Assembly (NCBI GenBank): GCA_051362555.1 | Contig: CM120641.1 | Span: 20,956,001 to 21,020,000 of the forward strand | Length of the DNA: 64,000 nt | Reading direction: 5' to 3' | Source: Lingula anatina | Lineage: Eukaryota; Animalia; Brachiopoda | Shown here: piece by piece, positions 24,001 through 36,000 of the stretch | How positions within the stretch are numbered: position 1 is the stretch's first letter | Layout: each line of letters begins with the position of its first letter | Made by a program: the position numbers and the translations under genes | Notes under the pieces: model-generated | The model's database searches: none | What the model was told of the DNA's origin: nothing | What the model saw: the letters and a program-made list of their open reading frames with translations, nothing else

Positions 24001-27000
24001 GACAACCGAAAGAAGCAAAACAGAAGTTTTCTACTGACAAGGAGAGAAGTGGTGCGTTCAAGACGTAGACTGAATTAGCATGACTGGCTTAAGTGGCTTC
24101 CTGTTGCATTTTGTTTACCACTTTGTCTTTTTGAGTAGGATGTTCATATATCTAGATTGTCCACAAAATTTTAATTCATTGAAGGGATGGATTGGGTAAT
24201 GAAAGTTAAGGGCAAATTTAAACATGACCTTGAATTTGGATTTGGCAAGTGGATCAAATGCTTCAAGATGAGAAACAATATAATTGGTAGACATTATTGC
24301 ACTGGAAGTCTGTAAGTAGGTGGATTCAGTTTTGCCATGTATTCATCATTTTCCGGGATTGAAAGACTGTTGACAGGCCTCGTTAAATGTTTGTCAGTTG
24401 GTGAGCTTTTCCCTCACAATCTAAGGCAGTGCAAACCTATTCATTCATTTTCAAATTGTTAAAAATTTGCAATACCACAATTCTTTACAAGCATTGTTTC
24501 AAACTCATTATGATTACTAATTGCCTTAACAGTGTTTCTTATGTTAGGCTTTTTTCCCCCAAATGCTTAGATAATGAAGCAATAAACATTTTCATGTTAT
24601 GAGATAATGCTGTAGCATCAAGAATACAAGGTGAATTTCCTTATTTGAGCTGTCGTCAAAATAGCAGTATTTTTTGTGGGGTGAAAATTAATACTGCTTT
24701 CCGACTGATCTCTCTCATCTACACAGTCATCAACAGTTTTAACAAATGTACTATTTAATCACATCATTGAGTAGCACAATTTTATCAATGAAGAGACTAG
24801 ATAATGCCTCTATTAAACGGTGGGTTAATTGTCTTATCTTCTTAAATTTTTTTACATATTAAAATTCTGGGTTGGGCTGTCATAAGGCAGCATTTCAGTA
24901 TACCTGTATAATTTTGTAAGTCTTCATATTTGAACTTACATACGTTGTCAATACATATGTTAGGTTAAGCTAGCTGCTTCTTAATTTACAAGATCAAGAA
25001 ACTTAAGTTTTTCTGTCCCTTGCTATAGTTGTTTACAAAGTTGAAATGCGTCAACTCAATAGCTTTTAATTTTACTCCAGGAAGAATATGCTGCATTCTA
25101 CATCAAAAAGTATGGTCTCAACACTGACCAGGCAGAAGCTCTAATGAGTGTTTCAAATCTATTCACAGGTGGAGGACATGTGCATCTTATCCATGGTGAG
25201 GACATGCATGTCAAAATATGCTTAATAAGACACAGAATAGAATTTTCCAACTCTACTGACTCTCAGAATAGTTAAATCTCATAGCCTACATAGCATCACC
25301 TTGATAACATAGATTTTTTTTCTCTTTTTAATTTTATCTAAGTTAGTAGCTCTCAAGAGTGGCTGTCCTGGCTTTAAATCTAGTAGCCTATAAATTTTAA
25401 TATTAAGCTTTAAATATGAAAAGATCTTTGATGTGTTTCTATATGTTATCTACATACAAACAACTGCATCTTGTTCTACAAAAAAATTGAATAAAAATTT
25501 AAAGATTATTCGACTCGGGAAGGGGGGTGGTGGATGGTGTGCCTTTTTTTTATAGATCTTTTTAGGGTGAAGTGACAGGTTTTTATCGTCAAATGATCAA
25601 TGTGGCCTTCATCTTGCTGACAGACTGCCCATAGCCTCTTCTTCCACAAGGAAAAATACTTTTTGTCTCCTCCCATCTAATGTTATCACAGCTCTTCCCA
25701 TCTAATGTTCTTTCTTAAATCTTTTTTCCAAGCCAATAAATAGATTATGGAGTCCAGTTCTTTCCAGGAAATTGTTTGATACTCCTGTTGCCATTCCCCT
25801 TTTTCTTTAGCACTGGCCTCTTATGATCGCCTAGCTGTTATCATTAAAAACCATCGTATTGATCTCCCACTTAAAGCTGCCTTCTATCTATTCAAAAATC
25901 ATGTCTTCACCTGACTGGTTGTCAAACATTGCCACCTGTCAGATGTGACTTAAGATTTTTACTTTTTCGGTCTGCAAAACTGAGATGGCTGGATTCATGA
26001 AATTTTCAGCATTCATAGAAAAGATTTTCCTAAAATATACCCAATTTCATTGCAATATCTGCAGAACTATTGACATTTTTAAACTTTAAAATGAGCAACA
26101 TTTTCATTAAGCATCCTAATACATCCCATCCTTTTATCATTATGTTATGGTATTTGACTCAGGTGCCTTTGGTTCGGGTAAAAGTTCCACTGTGGCAGTG
26201 ATAATTGAGTTTTTAGTCCAACTGTTTAAGGAGAGTGATCGCAGGTCTGTTCAACAAGGATGGAAGATCCTCATCTCTTCTGCTACCAATGTGGCTGTTG
26301 ACAGGGTTTTGGAAGGGTAGGTTTACTAAAATGTGTTATATTATTTTTTAAAATTTGTATGCATATGATATAGGACACTGATGATCAGTTAATATCTACA
26401 GGATTTTATTGTACCACTAGCGTAGGCGCTGGTGGTACACATGGTTTTAGTACCGACTCGCCTGTTCTGCTGGCTCCGTCGCCATTTCACTGTTACCGCT
26501 TCTCCTCCTAGACTACAAGAGCCTGAGTACCCATCTCTTGGATTTAGGTCACCTATAATCTCTACTCGTTCCACGCAAAATTTAAGCTTCATTGGTGCTG
26601 GGGTCTAGGTGTGGCACTCATTGCAATGTACCCTTGTCCAAAATTGGCAAAATTAAATGTTAATTATCTACCATACTGAAGGAATTATGGGAAAATTTTC
26701 TACAGACGGCTGACCGAAAGTCATATGTGGAGATTTCAAATATGCCCTTGGATTTGACCTTTGACCTTTATTTGAAGGTCAAACGGGACAAAATTTTCTA
26801 AAAGATGAATTTTTTTACAAAAAAAAATTATTTGCGCTGATATTCAGAAACTACACAGACTTAATCTATAATATTATTGGCAGGTGTTACCCTTCAGATC
26901 ATCTTTCATCTCCGTAAGTTTGGGGTCAACAGTGCATTTCACGGGAGTAGTGGCAATAAGATACTGAAACTGAAAACTGTCTCTAATTTGGGAACCGTTA

Positions 27001-30000
27001 ATGCTAGAGACCTATTCTTTTTTGCATTTTGTAGAGCATGTCAAGGCCAACACTGGGGGTGGTCTCTGTTTTTCTGATTTCCATACAATTTACAAGTTAT
27101 GCTGTATCAAAAAGTACATTGTGGTGGTGAAAGCAAAATGTGCAATACAGTAATATGTAATACATTTTGAAGCTCTGGAAAATATAACATAAAGCTTGGC
27201 GAGGCAGACAACCTCTGGTCTAAAATGACATTTTTTCATGAAATTGGAACATCTGAAACTTCTGAGCACCTCCCATTTCAAGAATTTCAACCAAAATGAC
27301 CTTTTCTTTATTTCAATTAATTTTTTTTTTGTAGGAAATTTATGGCACATTATTGTAACTCCAAAATTGTAACATTTAGTCCCTTATATCTCCAAAACTG
27401 GCAGAGATAGGTCCATAGTTACTATTGAAGTTGAATAGGAAGTCATATATTGGCAATCTAACTGTGATAAAATTGACTTACGACCTACTTTTCACCATAA
27501 ACTGAACTTTGCAACTTTTTTAATGTTTATACTTTGAAAACTGGCAAAGATACACCCATAGTTACTATTTAAATTGAATTGGAAGTCATATATTGGCAAT
27601 CTAACTGTGATAAAATTGACTTACGACCTACTTTTCACCATAAACTGAACTTTGCAACTTTTTTAATGTTTATACTTTGAAAACTGGCAAAGATACACCC
27701 ATAGTTACTATTTAAATTGAATAGGAAGTCATTAGAGGCAATTTAACTGTGACCTTAAAATTGACCTTCGACCTACTTTTCACCATGAACTGAACTTTGC
27801 AACTTTTTTAATGTTTATACTTTCAAAACTGGCAAAGATACACCCATAGTTACTATTTAAATTGAATAGGAAGTCATTAGAGGCAATTTAACTGTGACCT
27901 TAAAATTGACTTTTGACCTACTTTTCACCATGAACTGAACTTTGCAAATTTCCGTTCCCTTTTATCTCCAAAACTAACAGAGATAGGTCTATAGTTACTA
28001 TTGAAGTTGAATAGGAAGTTATATACTGGCAATCTAAGTGTGACCTTGTAATTGACATTTGGCCTACTTCTCATCATGAATTGAACTTTCAAATTTTCGT
28101 TCACTTTTATCTCCAAAACTGGCAGAGATAGGTCCATAGTTACTATCGAACTTGAATAGGAGGTCATATACTGGGAATCCAATTGTGACCTTGAAATTGA
28201 CCTTTGACCTTCTTTTAATCATGAACTGAACTTTGCTAATTTCCTTCCCTTTTAACTCCAAAACTGGCAGAGGTAGGTCCATAGATACTTTTGAAGTTGA
28301 ATAGGAAGTCATATGCTGGTAATGTTACTGTTACCTTGAAATTGTCCTTTGACCTTTTTTTTTCATGATAAACTGCACTTTCCAAATTTTCTGATCTTTA
28401 TATGTCCAAAACTGGCTAAGATATGCACATGGTTACTATTAAACTTGAATAGGAAGCCATACACTGGCAATCTAACTGTGACCCTAAAATTAACCTTTGA
28501 CCTAATTTTCAGCATGAACTGAACTGAACTGATCTTTGTAAATTTTCTATACCTTTTATCTCAAAAACCTGCAAAGATAAACCCCTGGCAATCTAACTTT
28601 GACCTTGAAATTGACCTTTGACCTACTTTTTTATGATTAACTGCTTTTTGCATGTTTTCTGGCCTTTAAATCTCCAAAATTGACAAAGAAATGCTATTGA
28701 ACTTGAATAGAAATTTATATACTGTGATATTGAAATTGACCTTTGACCTACTTTTTCACCATGAACTGAGCTTTGCACATTTTCTTGCCTCTCATATCTT
28801 CAAAACTAGCAAAGATGTGCCCCGTTTTGCCCTTTTTTTTCTCTTTTGTCAGCATATATGCAACACTGACAACATATTTCAAGGAAAACCAATAGGCCTA
28901 TTTTGTCTAGAGAATCACAGGAGTGATCAATGTTAGGAAAATGCAGGTCAATTTGAAAATCTGCTTATTGTACCATTTAAGCTATATTTTTTGCATATTT
29001 TGAGAACTTGTTGATTGCATTTTATAGAGCTTGTCAAGCACAAGACTGGTGGTGGTGTCCCTTTTTTGGGGGGTTTCTATACGATTGCGCTTATTCCAGC
29101 TGGTGGTACAATATCCGGAGGCGGTATGGCCTCTCTGATCCTCTAGTTTATTGGTCATATTGTAAGCAACTTCACATTTTTCTTATTTTAGATAGATATT
29201 TACCATATTTCAAAACTTAATCATATTTATTTATTTTTATATTTCAGACTGCTGGAACATGGATTTAAAGACTTTGTTCGAGTTGGAAGTGCTCCTGAAA
29301 TTTCTAAACGAGTGTTGCCATACAGGTGTGTGACTTTAGGGCAATTTGATGCTTTTCAACCACAAGATTGGGACAGCTTTGTAGCTAAAACAAACATCAC
29401 TATAAACTTGAATGTGTATTGAACTATACCTGTCACTGTAATTAAATTGTACCACCAGCGTAGGCGCTGGCGGTACACGTGGTTTTAGTCCTGACCCGTA
29501 TGTTCCGCCGGCTCCTGAGGCTCCGCCGCCAAGTCACTATTACAGCTTCTCCTCCTAGACAACAAGGGCCTGTGTACCCATCTCTTGGATTTAGGTCACC
29601 TATAATCTCAACTCAATTCACGTAAAATTTAGGCTTCGTCGGTCGGGGTCTAGGTGTGGCACTCATTGCAATGCACCCTTGTCCAAAATTGGCAAAATTA
29701 AATGCTAATTATCTACCATGCCGAAAGAATTATGGGAAAAATTTCTATAGACAGCCGATCAAAAGTCATATGTGGAGATTTCAAATATTCCCTTGGATTT
29801 GACCTTTGACCTTTATTTGAAGGTCAAACGGGCCAAAATTTAAAAAAAAAAAGGGAATTTTTTGCAAAAAAAAAATGTGCGCTGATATTCAAAAACTACA
29901 CAGACCTAACCTATCATATTATTGGCAGGTGTTACCCTTCAGGTCATCTTTCATCTCCGTGAGTTTGGGGTCAATCGGTGCATTTTCATGGGAACAGCGG

Positions 30001-33000
30001 CCATTAGATGCTGAAAACTCTCTCTAATTCTGGAACCGTTAATGCTGGAGACCTCTTGTTTATTGCATTTGATAGAGCATGGAGACCTCTTGTTTATTGC
30101 ATTTGATAGAGCATGTCAAGCCCAACACTGAGTATGGTGTCCGTTTTTTTGTTTTCCATATAGTTTACATGTTATGCTGTATCAAAAAGTACATTGTGTT
30201 GTTGACAGTAAAATGTGCAATATGGTAATATGCAAAAATATTTGAATGTCTGGAAAAGATAACATAAGGCTTGGCGAGGCAGACAACATCTGGTCAAAAA
30301 TGACATTATTTCATGACATTTGGAACTTCTGAGCACCTCCCATTTCAAGAATTTCAACCAAAATGACCTTTTCTTTATTTAAATTAATTTCTTCTGTAGG
30401 AAATTTATGGCAAATTATTGTAACTCAGAAATTGTAGCATTTAGACACTTAGGGTCCGTTCACATGAAAAATCTAAAAATTTAAAAATCTATTGGCGGTA
30501 TCTTGTGATCACGGTCTGTGCCCTGAATAACCCACAGCGTAATAACTAGCAGCGCGAGCCAGTCACTTCCAAAGCTGTAATTAATTCTCGGCTGCGCTCG
30601 TAGGAGACTCTGACACCTTGATGCATGAACTGAACTTTGCAATATTTAAGTCTCTTATATCTCCAAAACTAGCAGAGATAGGCCCAACGTTTTTTTTTTT
30701 TTAAACTTGTATAGAAAGACATAAACTGGCAATCTAAGTATGACCTTTAAATTGACCTTTGACCTACTTTTCACCATGAACTAAACTTTGCAAATTTTTC
30801 TTCCCTTTAATCTCAAAAACTGGCAGAGATACACCTATAGTTACGGTAATGTGCCAAGCATTTCGACGGGCCCAGTCAATCCGACCACAAAAATTATTTT
30901 ATAAAATTAATTTTTCTGGGCTCAAACAATTAGTCCATACGTCAAAATCATGGGACAGAATTTTTTTCTTGTTCCGATTGTTCAACCACATCGTTGACAA
31001 GACTCGGTAAATTTTCAAGCCAGTGAAATAGCTGCTGCATGCCTCGGCCCTTTGTCAATTGTTGTCTTTTCAATAGCTCTCCTCAATGAGGAAGAAACAA
31101 TTAATTGAAGATCTAATCTGGAAGCATGACGTACCTATCTTTTCCTTTGTCCCCGATGACAATAATAGTGCTTATAGACATACAAATTTTGCTATTAAGC
31201 AGACTTGCCCTCGCTGACTGATACATCACGCCCGTAACTGGGGAGGGGGGGGGGGTTTAAAAAAAGGTCTATTCTGGATGAAACCAAATATCGACAGTGG
31301 GTAGAATACATCGTAAACACCTTCATATAGACCATATATCGCGTTTGCTAGCAATAAAAAGTTTGGGAAGAATAAGCAATTTATTTTCAAGTTCAATTGA
31401 AATATATATGCAGATGGGGAAACGTTCTTCAAGTCAACACCGCATTTACTACAATCGACCGAAAGATCAGCGGGATCGACCGCCCAGACTTCTTGGCGCC
31501 AAATACCACGCGCTGTCAAAATCTGACGAACACGTGTCGCTGTTCACCTACATGGATAACTGATTTGTCAACAATAAAAATGACGTCTTCCTTAACTCCA
31601 TGGGAGCTTCATAGAGAGTCCCACTGGGTATTTACGTTACCTGTGAGTCACTTTCTATTTCCCCAGATGCATGAAATGTTGATAATATTTAGCGTAATCC
31701 ACGACGAACTCCATTCCTGTGACCCCCTCCCCCAAAATGGGACCGTCTTCATTAACATGTGGTTTGCGCTATGCTGGAGCAGACCAGATACAACCAGTCT
31801 CTCATTTCTGCATGTGCTCAATTCTCACGTCAAATTATAAATGCACCTGTTTTGTGAAAATTATGGCAAGTAAATGTTTTTTTTTATGTTCGGGTTGTAT
31901 CAGTGGGGTTTTCAATATGCACCGTGGTTTGTGCACAGCGAGAGCATATAAGTAAGAAAATAGGAAGAATGCCAGCAAAATACTGTATGTCTATCGGCAC
32001 AGGTACGCTCCGTATTTTGCCTTTTCTCAATATGTTTTTATATGACATGCTTTTGAAATAAAATACTTAATAGTAATTTGAAGTTACACTGATTTCCGTT
32101 TGAGTACCAGTTGGTATTCTTTGATACGGGTGATTGAATTTTCTTCGGACGTACGTACGTCTACGCCTCGACGCTGAGCAAGCCTTGCGGGTTGAAAACA
32201 ACTGATCTCAGACTGGTAAAAAATTTCAATTCGGTTGATTTCAGTTGTCATATTAAAATTCAAATAGGGCGTACGTAGATCACATAACTAGTTTAAGTCC
32301 ACTAAAGCTACCGGTTTCAAATATAAGTGACCGGCCTTTGTTTACAACACCTGTCTCCCGGGAAATACTCGTCCCACTTGTGAAGCGCATCATGAAAGTG
32401 ATCGTAGGTGAGGGAAATATATAATTAAAAATTATAATTGTCGTCTTTTTTAATGTTAAGTAATGTTAGCACATACTGTAAACAGCAAAATAAGATTTCA
32501 GGAGGATAAAACATGCCTGAAACACATGTTAGGCGAAAATTGCGGCTTATCTTGCGTAACACTTCCGGTAAAATGCAATACTTCCGGTAAGATGGACGTT
32601 TTGGCAGATGCCCCTAACAATCCGACGATATCAAAGGTTTCCATTTGCTGTATTTTAATCAATTCGACCAAACTGACATTTCCATGAAATTAATTAATTA
32701 ATCTTGGTCGAATTGTTTGGCATATTACCGTACTATTGAACTTGAATAGGAAGTCATATATTGGCAATCTATCTGTGACCCTAAAATTGACCTTTGACCT
32801 TGTTTTCACCATGAACTGAAACTGGCAGAGATACGCCCAAAGTTACTGTTGAACTTGAATAGGAAGTCATACACTGGCTATCTAACTGTGACTTTGAAAT
32901 TGACCTTTGACCTACTTTTTATGATGAACTGCACTTTGCATGTTTTCTGGCATTTAAATCTCCAACTTGGCCCATGGTTACTGAACTTGAATAGGAAGTC

Positions 33001-36000
33001 ATATACTGTGACATTTTAATTGACCTTTGACCTACTTTTTCACCATGAACTGAACTTTGCATATTTTCTTGCCTCTCATATCTTCAAAACTAGCAGAGAT
33101 GTGCCCGTTGTTGCCTCTAGGTTTTCTCTTTTTTCAGCATATATGGACCACTGAGAACACATTTCAAGGAAAACCAATAGGCCTTTTGTCTAGAGAATCA
33201 CAGGAGTGATCAATGGTAGGAAAATGCAAGTCTGCTTGATTGTACCAATTTTAGTTATATTTTTTTTGCATATTTTGAGAACTCTTGTTGATTGCATTTT
33301 ACAGAGCTTGTCAAGACTGGTGGTGGTGTCCTTTTTTTTTTTTTTTTTGGGGGGGGGGTCCATACGAATCTGCTTACTCCAGCTGGTGGTACAATATCCG
33401 GAGGCGGTATCGCCTCTCTGATCCTCTAGTTGAAGATGTCACCTGTTGTGCATGATTTAAATTCATTATTGACTGACTGTGCTATTATAAGCATTATTAC
33501 CTCTGCCAAGGAGGTTATGTTTTCCCCCTGTTTGTCATCAACATAACTCAACAAGTTATGGACTGATTTTGATGAAATTTTTAGGAACTGTCAGAAGTGG
33601 GCCAAGGAAGAGATGCTTAGTTTTTGGTGGTGATCTGGATCAATAATCAATAATCAAATATCAATCATCAACATAGCTCAAAAAGCTATGGACCGATTTT
33701 GATGAAATTTTCAGGGTAGGTCAGAAATGGGTTAACTTAGAAGTGATTAGTTTTTGGTGGTGATCTGGATCAATAATCAATAATGAAAATTCAATCATAA
33801 ACATAACTCAAAAAGTTATGGACCGATTTTTATGAAATTTTCATGGTAGGTTGGAAATGGGATTTACTTAGAAGTGATTAGTTTTTGGTGGTGATCTGGA
33901 TCAATAATCAATCAATAATCAATAATAATCAAAAATTGCTGCCTTGTTTCTGTTGGAAGACCATTAAAAAGGAGGATGGATCAACATAGATTCTTTGGAA
34001 TACTGTCTGAAAATATCTCTGGATCTGCTCCTGTTATTGACCATGTTACCTGTTGTGCATGATTAATATTCGGTGTTGACTGACGGTGCTATTATAAGTA
34101 TTATTTGTTATTGCATCAAAATTGACAAAATGACCTATTTTGCATCTTTATTTTCTGTTTTTTGTCTGTACATTTGACAGCTTTGCTGCCTTGTTCCATT
34201 TTCCTTCCAATGCATTTCACTGATGCCCAAAATGTCCAATCCATAAATCTCTGCCTGCTTGATGACTTGAGCCAAGTTTCCACACTGATACAGTGTACGT
34301 ACATTCCAGGTTCCAATTTTGGTCAAGGTTTTGACACTGAGAATCTGACTCGTCAGGCCACAAACTTCCTTTCAGCTTTGTTCCCTGGCCCTCATACTGC
34401 AATCCAAAGTTCCGCTGTCATCTTCCTTGCGCCGGTTATTAGTTGGTGTATTGTTTGCCGTTTCTGTAGCAGTTGAGTGTTTACGGGGTCGGTTTGCTGG
34501 CCCGATGCCCAACCCTCCTTTCTCAACCAGGCTTGGGACCAGCTATGGCAGAGTTAAACAGTAATGCCTGTCATGATATGGATATTTTTGTGTATTGTCT
34601 CAACTATCACAGTAATGCCTGTCATGATATGGATAATTTTGTTCGTTGTCTTAACTAACACGGTTATGCCTGTGGTAATCTGGACGTTTTTGTGTATTGT
34701 CTCAACTAACACAGTTACGCCTGTTGTGATCTTCTTGTGTATTGACTCACTGAACACAAAAATTCTGTGCTTGATCTGAATATTGCAGTGTACGTGCTAC
34801 TGGTAGAAGGAAGGGAGAGTTAAGGAAGTTGGAACGGATGTTGAAAAGGGCCAAGAAACCTTCAGAGAAACAGTTAGTATTCTAATATAGATCATACTTT
34901 TATAATTGTAATATTTTTATATCCTGAATAAGTGTTATAATTTTTTATACTTTAATAAGGGAAACAATTTAAGTTGACATTTTTCCAAAAGAAGAAAAGT
35001 TTTAAGTTCTTAATGTTTGTTCATTTTATATCATGATGCAATTCATTTTCATATCAGATATCTCAAGGAGGCCATACAGAAACATGGAATAAACAGAAGG
35101 GTGATGTCTTTTTGTGTTCAAACTTTAAGCAAATGTTTAAGTTTAAATTTAAAGCAATCCAAGCCAGAATTTTGAATGCATTCTTAGTACATGAATTGCT
35201 TCTTGTTTAACTAATCTGAGGAAAATAAAAAATTGTAAAACATTTATTGACATATCAATGGCCTTAATCAAAATCACATAAAGAAAATTCTATTTACCAT
35301 GCCCTGACCAACCTCAGTAGTTAGCCATTTTGACACAGTTTGAAAATAATACAGGTCACAGCACAAGAGTCTGCAATATCCAGAAATCAAGTCATCAAAA
35401 TCTGTTCTTAAATGGATAACAACTTCTTTAGAAGTCCATATTTCACAATAATTGCCATTGGACCACATGACCTCCATAGATGGCTACCCTCTGTAATAAT
35501 CTCTTAAGTGAAGTGCCCTTCCTGGCTTGGAAGGCTTTAAGTAATTAATTTTAGTCATCTTCTGGAATAAAACCCTCAGAAAAAGGTTATAATTACAAAA
35601 GTAGATGCTGTTATGTCTCAACTATAAACTTATTTAATTGGTTAGATGTTTTTCATTTTACATGCAGAAATTACTTTATGCACGGGTTGTTGGCGCTACC
35701 TGTGCCACATGTGGTGAATCTTCTTTGATGAAGGGCATGATCTTTCCTGTAAGTTGTTAGCTTCTTTTATTCTGTTTGTTTGTACATCATCACCTGATTA
35801 ATCACTTAATTTTTAACATTTCAAAGTTCTCCAAGAAATAGTTTTTGATAATGATAGTAATTTCTTGAATGACATGTTAATGTTGCATCTTTAACTTAAT
35901 ATGATTGTATCACCTGGATTTTTTTTTATGAGTTTGTACTTATATGTTTGTCCAATTCATCAATTATTTGATGATTATGTTATTTAGGTATTAATATTGG

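Noticed and set aside
25870-26100. Kolobok-like fragment starting TTAAAG
   Set aside because: No matching second terminus was found.
27385-28800. Regular repeat array resembling a CRISPR
   Set aside because: Units are contiguous ~123-bp tandem repeats with no unique spacers. They lie inside a eukaryotic Helentron and there are no cas genes.
31226-31955. ORFs inside the Tc1/mariner-like element as a transposase or captured gene
   Set aside because: No DDE or HTH motifs were recognised, and frames are not preserved in copy B.
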